From: Raillietiella orientalis
Taxonomy: Eukaryota
Length of the DNA stretch: 64,000 bases
Direction of reading: 5' to 3'
Assembly (NCBI GenBank): GCA_036172245.1
Contig: JAYWIR010000010.1
Location: forward strand, 4,402,001 to 4,466,000
Shown here: positions 51,181 through 64,000 of the stretch, one piece after another
Layout: each line of letters begins with the position of its first letter
How positions within the stretch are numbered: position 1 is the stretch's first letter
Notes under the pieces: model-generated
The model's input: the letters and a program-made list of their open reading frames with translations, nothing else
What the model was told of the DNA's origin: nothing
The model's database searches: none
Translations under genes and position numbers: made by a program

Positions 51181-54100
51181 TCACCTCTTGTTCGGGCACC
51201 GGCGCCGCTTGCCGTATTTCGGCAGACGAGACCACCGCTTGCTTTTTTTTGCTGCCTTCGGACTTGGCTCATTACCTGCGAAAGCACAAGCAAATGCTAC
51301 CATGGGAGATTAATTCGGATCTCAACTGTGCGCGGGCTCAACGCCCACTTCCTGACGAAACCATTCATCATCGTCGTCATCGTCGTCGTCTTTCTGTTCC
51401 TCGGGCGGATCCTCGTGAATGCCCATCCCGGCTAAACTGCGCATACGATGTGCCTCTTGTTCTTCCCGCTTTCGCTTCACATTGGCCATTTGCTGATGCC
51501 TCCTCATGTCTTTTTCTCTTCTGAATAGCAGTACGTCATTATTTTTTGCTGCCGGGGAGCTGTTTTTTTTTTTTTTTTTTTTTTTTTACCTTTTTTTCTC
51601 CTTCTTAAGTCGGATCGCCTGTTTTTCTTCTTCCGTCTTGTGAATGTAGCGATGGAAAAGCACTTCCCCGTCCATCAGTCCAGCCTCTATTTTGTGCAAC
51701 TAGGAGACAAATGTGGTATTCACTAAAGGCATTACCTACTTGCAAGGTAAGTCGTGGACCAATTTCCACGAGGCGGATTCCAGCTTTCTTGATAGTTTTC
51801 CTTCCAGGCATGGGCTGACAAACAGGAACTTCGTGCACTTCCTGCTCCGCTTCACTTTCGACGGGCAGTGCACTCCTAGATATTCGCGAGTGTTTCATCC
51901 GACTGATCTGCCCGCATCTTACGGATCAAGCAAATCTGATATGTCTTCTAATCCGCCGAGGTCGGGAACAGACTTCTCCACAAGCTTTTGGACGATTCGG
52001 GAAACACCCTGTGGCAGAGTATGGATAACATAATGCCGAAGATCGATCTCATACTTTGAAGCATCCATGTTGAGTAGCACACAGCGGCGCAAATTGCCCA
52101 GGCGTATCTGCCGACGCACTGTTATCTCAACAAACAAATGTGAATTCAAACCTTAGCCACATTGATGGCGGGAAACATGTTCTGGAATAGGGAGGTCAAC
52201 AGACTGACCTCCTGGCTTGCACCGGAAAACCCATTCAACATGAGCAGGGGCGCATTGAGGAAACACGACGGGTTGCTATGGGGGCGTTTTTGGGAAGCTA
52301 CGATATCCCGAACCAAACTGTACGACATGATCCGAAAACTCGCGGTTGGTCCTTGAGGCAGTTTGCATATCCTGTGGAAATTCTTGATTTTTTGAATCAA
52401 GTGATCAAAAGGATCACAATCACCTCATGTAGACGGAATGCCTGGTGCGAGTAAAAGTAACAAGGTGGCTCACATGCAGCAATCCAGATACGTGCACAAA
52501 ATCCTTGATGACATTACCTCGGTGAGCCTACAGCACATGAAAGAAATGAAATAAAAAGGAACAACATAAACTTCCAGATGCACTCCATATGTCCAGTATG
52601 GAGGTACTTGACAGTTCCACCCTATCAAACACCGCTTTCCTCATCATCATTCTCTTCATCCTCCCTCCTCATACACATCATTACAGTCTCATCAACCGGT
52701 GATCTCGGAACTGCTAAATTTTCAGCTTACAAAAGGACCTGCAGAAACACGGAAGAAACTAAGTTTACGTCTTTCGAGAAAAATGCTTGCAATTTTCTTG
52801 CACGCCCACAGCTGATCACTTATTAGAAGGAAGAGGCTGTTTTTGTGACATTTCAGCTTTTGCAAACACGACTTTCACCTATTTCCTACATAAGCTTAAT
52901 GGGTTTCCTCATTATTTTTTGCCAGAATTTTGAAGATCACTGAGAAAAACATTACAAAATTTCGAACTTCCGTTCAGAAAGGGAACCATTCAAAGTGAAA
53001 ATGAAATTCAAAAAGTTTTCAAAATAATACATATTGCTATGAATGAATCCCATTTTTTCTTATTTTAGCACAAAGTGCATAAATCCAAAAGTCTGCACTA
53101 AATAAACTATTGAATAAGCTACTTTTTTCTTGAAATACGTAAACTTAGTTTCTTATCTCATATCTATCCCATTCAGTAAACACAATATATTGCAACTCAT
53201 TTCTTCTCTTTCCTGGACTGTGATTCAGTTATGGCTGAATACTGTACTCATGTGACTTGCTTAACTACCATTCTTTTGATTTTTCACACATTTAATCAAC
53301 ATTCTGAATACTTTTGATGAAAGGCTTGATGGATAATTTATAAGGTGAAAACCATATTTTCCGACCTTTCCTAAAGCAATTCTCTTAATCAATTAAATAT
53401 GAAGTCCATTCCCTTTGAACAATGCCAACTACAAATCGTGTTCATAAGAAACAGCTACAAAGCACCAATGTGAATGACGAACTTAAAGCACTACTTATAG
53501 ATACAAGTTAGATTCTGTAATTAAAAACCGTTCCAAACATTACAGTTCTCAGAAACATATATGCTTTCACTCAGTAGTAATTACTCCCACTCGATGGCTA
53601 ATTCCCTTTCTTTTGTATCCACTGTACTGAACCAGCAACGGAGGTTTCTGTGGCCTGCTGCCTTGAAATACAGCAATCAACTAGAATTTGCTATAGATCA
53701 AGCAAGCAAAGCAAAGAAGGCACTGTTCAAAACTGAAACTCACTTTGCCCCACCCAAAAAAAAGCTTTTCATCCATTTTTGTACACACACCAGGAATCTA
53801 AGAAAACGTTGCTTACAAGCTGTTGTTGATGAAACAGAAATAGTAATATACTGGAAATTTCAACAAGAAACATAAAATATCCAAGTGACACATGAGGGAA
53901 CTTGAAAATTCTGCATTTCATTTCTTGCATACATAAGCACTAGACCAAGATCAATTAGAACTAATTAAAAAGATCAGTTCTGATTTTCAAAACCTTTAGT
54001 CGTGTTGCAGTGAAAGGATCCATCATCCGGCGAAAATCATGCATGAGAGATCGAATATATGGACCCACATGGCCTCTAGTGATAACAAAACTATGTGGTG

Positions 54101-54229
54101 CCTTCTGCAGTTCCTCTGGTTCCACTTTAGAAGAGAGCTTCTGTTTTTTTGAAATACGTCCCTGAAAACATACTAATTATCTTTTCTATTACTTGATGAC
54201 TTGACATCATTTACTTTTTTCTTTTTCAT
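51181..54229 (-). CDS. ppan: Peter Pan / SSF1 homolog, Brix-domain ribosome biogenesis protein (9 exons, 408 aa)
   Basis: join 54229-54215, 54161-53994, 52527-52424, 52371-52152, 52107-51923, 51875-51740, 51699-51590, 51520-51327, 51275-51181 = 1227 nt. All introns are GT-AG with consistent phases. Motifs: PHSFVITRGHVG..DFRRMMDPFTATRLK, IKDFVHVSGLLHVSHL, KLPQGPT, LFQNMFPAINV, IDLRHY, IRLVEIGPRLTLQLHKIEAGLMDGEVLFH, DDEWFRQEVGVEP. The last exon is the least certain. Confidence 0.93.
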
Positions 54230-54275
54230 GTTGTGAATTTATCTATGGAATTCATACAGCAAGCAAACGACGAGG

Positions 54276-54284
54276 CCTGAAAAT
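54276..54284 (-). promoter_or_regulatory. Strong TTTTCAG splice acceptor just upstream of the ppan ATG (5' UTR intron or trans-splice site)
   Basis: Minus strand reads ccattttcag|GCCTCG about 47 nt before ATG 54229. Cis versus trans use cannot be told from sequence. Confidence 0.45.
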
Positions 54285-55287
54285 GGAAATTAGGAATATT
54301 TGAATGATGGAGGGGTTCAGTACATTATGGTTCTGATAGAGTATACCAACTGACTATCTAACATATTTACTCAGACTTTACAGCAGACAAAGCAGAATAT
54401 GTTTTCTTTAATTATGATTCATATAGGCAAACTGTGCTTTGAAATCAGCATGGGAACTCAGAGTGAGAAAAGCTTTTAACAAACTCAAAGTACAATAAAT
54501 TTAATAGACACAACAAATGAATACAATGTTTATATGCTCACAAGCCATGAACTTGCATTCATACATGAATATAGCTTTCAAGACTTGATCTCAGAAACGT
54601 TTCTTTTTGAAAAATTGTTTGCACGTGTGAGAATAACTCTACATTCACCCACATAGCCCCTGAGAAAAAGCACCAATGTGTGTAATGAACAAAACAAAGC
54701 AACAAACAAACAAAAAAAGGGGATACAAGAGCAACATGTTGGCAGACAAGAAAAAAAAAAGGAAAATCCACCAGTATGTATTTACATCCTTTTCTGAATT
54801 CTCAAAAAAATAATAATATTTAATTGAGTTCTACAAGACTGAAGTTTGCAACCTATCAATGACACAGAATGCTGTAATAGTTTAGATGTTAAACAAATTA
54901 AGTCTGCTCATCTTGATAACCACATCAGTAGTTTAGTTAATAAATCTATTTAAATCTGTAAACAGTTCCCCAATGATATCTGTTACTAGTTCTATAAGGA
55001 AACTACTTGAGCCATGGCTTGTTGCAAATGCTGTTAGGCACTACTAACATGTAAATTTAAGAAGGATCATAATGTCCAATAAGTCTCCTCTATGCAATTG
55101 TAGCTTCTTATAAATCATTGAAATTATTTTAACTCAAAACTTGACAAATCTAAAACTTTAAGCAAAACAAATGGTGAAAATGACTTTTTTTCACATCCAG
55201 GAATGTTGTAAAAAAGTAAAAATTAAAATTAATCTGTGTCCTACATTTAGCAATGTGGTGAACTATATGAAACAAGACCTGAGTGCT

Positions 55288-56483
55288 CATCCTGATTATA
55301 TGAAGAGCATTCCGAATTTGTTGTATCAGGGTGCAAGCCAATTTTGAACTCTTAAATGAAAAAAGCATATTCATGAATTTTTATTAATAAACTGCCTCAA
55401 CAAATCCTAAACTGACAATTCATCATCAAAATCAACTCATTATGGGTTACAAAATCACACCAGTGTTCACGGTTACAATTTTTGTCTGTATCTATGCTTT
55501 CCTAACTTCATTTAGACTACTATATTTTTGTCTTAGAAATCAGTGTCGCATTGGATCATCAAAAATGACATGAACATTATTGAATATTAATCTGATTACT
55601 TAAAGATATGCAATCGGAATAACTTTTTGTCAACAAGTAATTCAAAATTATTTTGATTGACACCATAAAACTTTCAACAATTCTGTAACTACAAATTCTA
55701 CACTTGATATTGGTCATGATTTTTGGAAAACTTAAAAAAAATGACTCTTCTGTTCACATTAGGTATATGGATATTACTCACACTTTTAAGTAAGCATGGT
55801 ATCTGTAAAAATAAAAATAGAAAAAAGGCTTGACAGATGTCATGCTTCCTTGGCAGTAATCATTCAGATATTTTATCTTAGAATTGCTTGTTATATCTAT
55901 GAAAACAGATATTACGGTGCTAGGAAGCAAACTTTTTTTCGTTAAAATAGGTGATGATGAATCTTGACTAGCTTTGCAAGGTTAACTTATTATGGGGGAA
56001 AAATGCCAAATATGTTGTAATACATGAAGCCTTTGGTCCGATACCTGCAAACATCTTTAAAGTGATTTTGGGAACATGAATCTGCTGTATTTGAATACTT
56101 GAAGTAAACACATGATTAGCACACAAATTTCAATAAAAGCCAAGCTCATTACAAGCAACGCGAGAAGCCGACACAGACTATCATCATTTGGTAAATGTCA
56201 ACTTGATGTGTTTTAGCTTTACCAATCTTGAATGAAACTACGCTGAACATTCACGAATTATCATCTCGATTCTCAGTATGGCTGAACATTCTAATTTTCA
56301 ACTTTCGATAGAATTGTGGCTCGCGTAATGTAAAGTGTTTTCAATTTTTTTGTCGTTCGTTATCTCTTTCAACCTTACAATGTAACTTAAGATTCGTCAA
56401 TATGCATCTCTCACTTGAGATTTCAAAATTGGCTTGCACCCTGATACAAGCAAATTCGGAATGCTCTTCATTTAATCAGGATG
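55288..56483. repeat. ~85-bp inverted repeat pair (55288-55371 and 56399-56483)
   Basis: CATCCTGATTATATGAAGAGCATTCCGAATTTGTTGTATCAGGGTGCAAGCCAATTTTGAA... is the reverse complement of ...TTCAAAATTGGCTTGCACCCTGATACAAGCAAATTCGGAATGCTCTTCATTTAATCAGGATG. Confidence 0.92.
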
Positions 56484-58539
56484 GACACACGTACGTAAAC
56501 TGGAAATTCCTATGCTGAGATGCCTAGTTGAGGGTTCCCCAAGACCCATGTTTCCACCTTACAAAGGCACTTTTAAGTGATTCGTGCTTACAACGTTCTC
56601 GGGAATATGCATATAAAATCATGTAATCACCTGGTCCGAGAGGTACGAAACACCTGAAACACCTACACATTCAAATAACGACTATCGAGGGTTGGCTACC
56701 CACCGAGATGAAGAGACCCCACGTGCAACACGCCTCGACTTGCGACTCGCCAAGTACCACATCAGAATTTCATATTAACCGCGTTTTAATGAAACACTGT
56801 TTAAATTATTTAAAATGAAATAGAACCCTGAAAATTTTAATGGAAAGTGTGTAATACGTTGTGCATATTTCACAATGGAACGCAAAACATAGAAAGAAAC
56901 TGATTTTTCAATTTCATAACTGGTTGAGAATTGATGCCATCTTTAGTGTTCAACGTATAAAAACAAATTCACACTATTTGCAAAAAAAGGGAAGTGATAT
57001 CGAATCACTCCCATGAGTTTACTATGTGAAGGCACTTTGCCAAGCAGATTATAATATCCATTACTTTTCATTTTCCCGATCATTCCTTCAGTAAGTTGAA
57101 TTCATCCTTTTTCTTTATATGGTTGTTTTTGTACAATAACAGCTGCTCTTTAGCGTAAAACTGAGAGTTGTTGTCAAATTTAGGAGAATCTAAGCGAGTG
57201 AAAAATAACAGTTGTTTGTTGATCTACTATTTGAAAAGAGTAGTTACACTTTGAATTTTACTGATCTAGGATCTGTGAAGCTTAATAATCAACTTACTGA
57301 GGATTGTTCCCTGAACTGACTTGAAAGCATTACAATACAAATTATTTATTTTGTATTCTTTTTCAGGGAGTGTTCACAAGTCACAATCAGTTCTGAAATA
57401 CGTTGAAATGAATGCGATGGACTGTACTCGCAATGAAAAGGAAAAACCTTATTCATAACGCAACTGGGAGCTTGTTTTAAGAAGAGCAAATGATAAAACT
57501 TCTTGCTCCTCGCTCCTAAATTAAAGCTTCCAATACAAAAACATTAAACAATCAAAAGGAATCATTTGTAAGTCGTGTATTCATCCGTTTCACATCTGAA
57601 TGAGGTGATAATTCTTGTGATTACTTAGAAATTGCATTTTGAAGGAGGTTCAAGAATCCGTGTTTTTCCTTCCATCAAAGAAAAAAGAAATAATTTCAAT
57701 GCATTTCGATGAGAACAAGACTTGCAAAAATCTGAGTTCGAAAACAGTGTTTATACTGATACAGGAGCCAATTTTGCTTTCTTGAGCACTGAAACATTGC
57801 TGGAGAGAAATGGTTTTGAGAGAGTCTCAAAGCCATTCCAGCCACAGTCTGAAAGCTGATGGAGGTTTCTAAAAACTAGTTTGCATGTCTTCCATAATTC
57901 AGAAAGTTTTGAAATGAGTATGGAAGAAAACATGATTAATCATGATTAAAAATTTGCTTGAAACATAAACAGGATCAGAAATAGGTTGACAGCAAGGAAT
58001 GCTGAAAACATTTACACTCCTGAATCGTGGCAAGCAACCTGAAGCAAAACACGCTTGAGCAAAAAAAAAAGATCTTGCTAACTTTTGAGCGACTTAAACT
58101 TTGAAATATTTATGTTCTAATATTTTCAATGTTGATGGGCAAAACTACATAGATATAACATTGCAAAGCTACTAGGATCGCCATCTCTGGTTCCTTTCAT
58201 GATAAGAGAAAGAGATTTAAATGGCATCACCTGCATGACCAACAGAACAAGCTACTATCATTATACAAGTAACACTCAATTTTCCGAAAAATATGGAAGT
58301 AATAAAAGTAAACATATGAGTTGTTATGGGACTTAAAAAGCAAGCGTAGTTATCAACACAGAGCACGAGAAAGCTGAAAGTAAAAAGTGGAAAAAAAAAT
58401 TGCTGCCCAATCTCTTTTCTATTTCTCGTGTGTGTGCTTTTCTTCATAGAAAAAAAAAAAAAAGCAACATTGTGGTATTTCTGATTGTATCGAAGCAAGA
58501 CTAACTTTTCAGAAGTCTCTCTAAGCAACTAAAGTATCA

Positions 58540-61500
58540 AATCACCCCGGATTAATTGCCCTTATAATGAAAAATGACAATCGTATGCACTTTTTCCAGG
58601 CTGTCGATAATCGGCAGTTCCTCCGAAGAGATGGATCTCCTTGGATTCAGGCATTTTCCCGATTCGATAACGACCTGATCATCAAGTCCACCGTGGATCA
58701 CCGCGCTGAAATATCAGAGAAAATGCAATGATTTTGAATTTCCAGGAAAGGGAGGATTATATGCTGAGGCTGCTTACCGGAATCGACTGTTTTTACCAGA
58801 CATCTTTGGCGCCCATCGTTCACATGATGGCAAATACAAAATGGAAAACCTTCCATTCTTGATAATCCACGATTGCTCTTACTGAGCAAAACAATGTTTG
58901 CATATGGAAACGCTTTTGGAGCGGAACCGGAAGTGCTTCAGGTTTTTTCTGTTTTTCATCACTACGGAAACTCCCTGATTAGCTCCTGTGCTGCTGCAGA
59001 TGGTGCGAAGGATACAACGCATGAATATTCGAAAGTATTAAGCAGGCAGTCGGAAATTCAGGAAAAATCACCTTAGCGCATTTCGTACGATGGATACAGT
59101 CCATTGGATACTCTCACCTTGCCAGATAACAAACCCTTTTATGGTTTTTGCGTAGTTCGATCGACGAATTTGAAGCTGAAACGGCCGGCACTTAATAAAA
59201 GATTGCGAGGAAAGATCGGATCTGAAAAGAGGGAGCTTTCAGGAGATGATCACATCATCATCAAATCAGCAGATGTGGAAACTGAATCTCGGGATAGGAA
59301 AGCTGGAGGCATTACTTCCACGGAATGGCCGAATGAATCTTCAGTTTTGTAGTCAAGTTCGTTTCGTCTTTGAAGAGAGAGTACCAGGTTTGCTGGTAAC
59401 GCACCGTACCTCATTTAGCGCAGTAGATGAGTCCCTGAAAAATGCAATGCAATTCGAAAACATGGCCAGATGGGATTTTTTTTTACAGGAAAAGCATTGG
59501 AATGGAGAAGTTGGATTTGGATTCGAAATCTTTTGGATTTAGAGCTTTCGATTTGCTTTGCATGACAAACAGAATGCTCAAATACATAGAATTAGCAAAG
59601 AATTCAAATGAAAAAGGCACGGCTACAAGTCCTACTGAATATTCCTTGAAAGGACTTGAATGTTCCAAACGCATTCTAATGTAGTGCATTGGTAATGTGG
59701 AATGCATCACAAGTCTCTTCTTGAAGGGACAACTGCATCGAGTCTCTCCATGGTGAGGCTGATGGTGTTCATCTACTTCATTGGACAACAAGCTTTCTTG
59801 GTTTGTCATTCACAGGTTGCACTAAATCCATTCAAACTATTTTGCAGCATCTCATTTCACTTCTCATATCTGTGCGTGTAAAAAGAATACCATTTCGATA
59901 TGATTAACGAATTAAATACGCCCAAGCACCTTCAATGTAAAGCTAAGGAAGGGCATCTTTGTGAGGCTGCTAAACTGTGGAATCTCACTTTCGAAGAGCA
60001 ACGTTTCTTGATGGCACCCTCGAAGGCTACGGTTGAAGTGCGCTTCTGAATGCATCCTGAATCTCTCGGAAAAGCATCTTCATCATGCGGAAGCGAACCG
60101 AGGTATTCATTTTGGATACATGTACAAGTACAAGTACGAGGCGACCTGCTATCGCACAGACCCTGTTGGAATGATTGACAAGTGGAGGGCACGAGGAAGA
60201 GTTCGAAAATGACCCACAGTCCTGTCGTGTAACGAGGATATGAAGCACACTTTGAACGATTGAAAAAGAGAAACGCCACGTGCGAAAGGGAACATAGAAT
60301 TGCTAATAGTTGCCCTGCAACGGAGCATATTTGGATTTTTGCATTTTTCTTTGCTGCTCCTTTTTTTTTTTTTTTTGTTCCCCCCCCCCCCCACACACAC
60401 AAGAATGGGGAAAACGGGAGAATAAATGCAAGGGATTCATTGGAGCACAGAGCAGAGAACTTTGAAAACAAAACAAAGGAGTAGGAGGGTTATTGACTTA
60501 GAACTATTTTTTTTTTTGTTTTCATTTACCGGAAGCGTTCTTCCATATTAGGAGAAGCACTTTTATATCAGATAGCAAGTGTCCAAGAGAACTTCCATTT
60601 CTCCATCCGTTGTTTTCCGCTTCTAGCTGCTTTTGTACTCGCCAGTGTTTGGAACCCGGGCGAGCGCAGAATTCCGAAAATGGAAACTTTTCAGAGCTAT
60701 TTGAGCTATCCCGAAGGCATCCATCCCTTAGCTTGCATCCATTGGTCAAATCTGGATGTGTATGGAAGAAGAATGCCTCCAAAAACCTGGAACTGCAAAG
60801 AGTAAGAATCCGCTGGAACACCTAATAATAACATCTTGAAATCAAGGCACTTGACAGACGGTTCGCGTCCATTAGCCAAATTTCGGTTGTCGAGCACTTT
60901 GATTTCAAGGGATCATCATTGGATGCTTCGATAGATTCTTGCTCTTTGCGGTTTAGGTTCCACTTTTGCAACGGCGCCGCCGAAAAAGAGTTCCTCAGCC
61001 GCGTTCGTCAGGGCTGCGTCCGCAGACAAAGCATCGACCTCTTTATTTTTCCACGGGGAAGGCGCGCGGGAACTCTCCCCTTACCACCTTATGTCTTCCC
61101 ATTCCAAGTCCCACCAGAGCATCGATTTCATCTGGAGAAGGCGAGTGCTTCCGTTTCCCCCTTACAGAGTATAATTTCTGCTGCCTAGAACGTTCGGATG
61201 TCTTTGTTAAATAGCATCCACTGATAGTTTACGAAGTATTTCTCGCAGCTCTTCCGGTTTGCCGACTTGACACATCGCCGTGCCTCCAGATAGCCATCTT
61301 ATTTTTTCTCAGAGGGAAGGAGTATCTGCTGGAGTTGTTCCAACTTCTCCGTGAAGCTTCGGAAATGGACCTTCAATGCAGTTCTTTATTTTACCGTTTG
61401 ATCGACACTGCTGACAAGCCCGTGTCTATCAAAGCAAGTGCAGTAGGTCCCCATATAACGCGGATTCGCATAACGCGGCAACAGGAAAGAAGTGGCGACA

Positions 61501-63965
61501 GACCTCGTATAACGTGGTAAACTCAGACGCGCGGTACGACGCGGAGGATAAATTTCAACGTTGGTAATGCAGTGTCAGTTCAGATGCTTTCAAGGAGAAC
61601 ACGAACACGTGATTCAAGTTGGTTGAATTCAACTTCACCCAAATTTTCCTGAACAAATGGCTCATGAAGATACGTTTGTCAACATCGAGGATGATGGAGC
61701 CGAAACTATAGAACCGTTTAAATTGATTTCATGTCAACAAAACTCGAAGAGTTTGTTTTCAGTTTAACGGAGAACGAACTCATTTCTATTTTTTACTTTG
61801 TTCCATAAAGTGGAATGAAAAATATCCCAATCTCATGAAGTTCATTTTGTGCTTTCGTAAATACTCGCATATTACCCATGTGTAACCCAAAGGGCTCGTA
61901 GAACGTAGAAAGTATCCCCCGCGTTCTACGGGTACCTACTGTACTTCACAATGCAAGAGACCATTTGTTGTGACGACCCACTGTTTTGAAGCAGGCACGG
62001 GAAGTGCTTCTACCGTGCAGGGACCTACGCTGTTTCAAGGGGGATTCGGAAAAAAAGGTCTTTCTTCAATGCCTTGCCTTGTTCTTCCTCCTTTAAATGT
62101 TGTTGTTGGCCTTCTGGGCCTGAACAGCACGCGCACCGTCTCTTGAAACTTCAGAGCTGGGACCTCGTCGCGAACACAACAGTGCCTAATTGTCTTGTTC
62201 GAAAGAGGAATATTTTTCACCTTTTGGTCATCCTGGCAATGGAAACAGGTTCTGTGCCTCGGGCTGGAATAATGAAAAAGGGCGAAGGATACCGAAGAAC
62301 TTCTTGTCACTGAGATGAGGTTTCATTGATTTAGCGAACGAATTTTTACTAGAATCTAACAGCGGTTCTAGCTCTATTCTTTTCAAATCCAAGTTCTTGT
62401 TTACTTCGAGAAATCCAGCATCGAATTTTCTTGCACTTGAAAACGTCTCAAAAAGTAATCGATGGTTCTGTTTGGAAGGTGATGCGACTGACTGATCTGT
62501 TTCTCGTCTGACAGTTTTTCTGCACATTGCTCATTAGTAATCGCAAAAATAACCTTTGAATTTCCTCCTTATATCCGCAATCTTCATAATTTCGGTTCGC
62601 ATTGCTCCTTTCTCCCCATCGAATTCATCTTCCTTCGGGCACAGTTTAAAAAGGAAACACTGGATTTTCTGCAAAGGCAGAGGCAAACTGCAACATCGAA
62701 GCAGAACTGAGCCGTTAATCATCAACCGAGACGATAATCAGCAACAGTTTTGTTTCTTCTGTAAGAGATTTCGAATTGGCTGCCGCAGCTTAGCCAACGT
62801 CGTGTGGTCAAAGAGCTTAGGATGGTCTGTCCTTTGATCACACCGGCTTTCGTTAAGGTTTTATCCCGAGCCTTTATTCCTCACTGGCAGACCTGAAAGA
62901 AGTCAGCTTGCTTAGTAGACGGCCAACCTCATCCCGAGGGATTTTCGCGGTGGTCGTCGAAGGGGCTGACGAATCGGCGGAGGTGCTCAACGCGTGTGAA
63001 CTTCAAATTTCTGCGACACGTCTGAGGAAGTTTCTGCAGCACCTTTGCGTGTTGCAGGTTCAGGAATCACCGATCCGGAAGTGTCCGGATTTCTTGTACT
63101 TCCGCTGGTCTTTGCGAGCGGAGGAGCAAAAAACAAATGCGCCCACTTTGCGCAGCAGTGAAACCGTCTGGCTCTTTCGTTCAGCTACACAAAGACTGCT
63201 GAGCGGCTTACCGGGATTTGAAGTGTGACGCTCATGTGCCTGGCATTTTGTCCGAATGGTCCTTGCACGAACAACAAGATGCAAACAGAGGGAGAGGAGA
63301 AACCCAATGTTTCTTGGAAGCGCTAAAAACAGATGTCCCCATTGGTCGTGTTTTTCGAGCAAAACTCGGATGTTGTAGCAGAACTATGTCAATCTGCTCC
63401 TTGCCGAGCTTCGCCCATACCGAAGGAATCAAAGCTTTGGCTTCCATACCCTCAAGATGAAACGAGCATTGCATGCTCAGCCTCCATGTTTGCCAGGTCC
63501 TACTTTCTCTTCTTGCTTCGCTGCCTTAATGGGATTTCTGCCCCCTTCCCCCCCCCTTCCTAGACGCCACCAGGTGGATGAATCTGCATGTTTCTCTCCT
63601 GCCGTTGCTGGTCCTCTCTGCTCGCCACCACCTACCCAACCCTCCGCGCGCGCGCGCCCATGTCATCCTGTCCCACCTTGGTTTTCGGGCTGTTCGGCTC
63701 GTCGTTCACTCTTCACGTCATTTCGCTGGATGGACGCAAGTCGCAACGTGCGCGCCGCACGGTCTTCACGTGAGGACCCTTTAGCCGTCCCTAATCTCAG
63801 AACCGGCGGTGAAGCGTAGAAGGCTTTTCTGCCGGCAATCTTCGTACCTTCTCCCGATGCCCGGACATCCGGCGCCTGGCGGAGTACAAGGCCAGGGCCG
63901 AGTGCCAGGTTTGGCAGTCTGGAGCGGCTTGTCTGCTCGATGACGCTGGCCAGGAATGCTCGGCT
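58540..63965 (-). CDS. Possible multi-exon gene of unknown function (structure not resolved)
   Basis: Series of minus-strand GT donors (about 63848, 63211, 61084, 60528, 58777) and AG acceptors flanking open stretches such as RILTLCSSRFLEAFFFHTHPDL..., GMEAKALIPSVWAKLGKEQIDIVLLQHP and AAEIILCKGKRKHSPSPDEIDALVGLG. No recognisable domain, and the phases could not all be reconciled. Confidence 0.3.
61441..61941. mobile_element. Tigger/pogo-like MITE (501 bp)
   Basis: Left TIR CAGTAGGTCCCCATATAACGCGG versus reverse-complemented right TIR CAGTAGGTACCCGTAGAACGCGG (20/23). Right flank TA, left flank TG (decayed TA TSD). No coding capacity. Confidence 0.7.
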
Positions 63966-64000
63966 TCAGCCGACGTACACCGCGTAGTCAAGCGCTACTA

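Overview
Eukaryotic genomic DNA from an invertebrate animal. The 40-70 nt introns with weak 3' splice sites make a nematode plausible, but that is inference. Two spliced genes on the minus strand can be reconstructed by hand. (1) The 5' part of a MACIT transmembrane collagen (col-99 / collagen XIII-XXIII-XXV family): exon 1 at 36406-36106, a ~34.8 kb GC-rich first intron, small Gly-X-Y exons at 1316-688, and the gene continuing off the left edge. (2) A complete 9-exon Peter Pan (ppan, Brix-domain ribosome biogenesis factor) gene at 54229-51181 (408 aa). A third, poorly conserved multi-exon gene may lie at ~58.5-64 kb (minus). Most long ORFs in the supplied track are artefacts of high GC and low complexity. 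The repeat content is the most unusual part. There are four same-strand copies of a ~0.7-0.8 kb tRNA-headed SINE-like element whose body is a variable array of stem-loops joined by purine linkers and whose 3' end is a conserved tandem-GA hairpin. There are also several decayed L1/Tx1-like LINE fragments, a near-perfect 103-bp tandem repeat, a Tigger/pogo-like MITE, an ~85-bp inverted repeat upstream of ppan, and a marked GC-rich to AT-rich compositional switch. No database searches or folding programs were run; all alignments and structures were read by eye.
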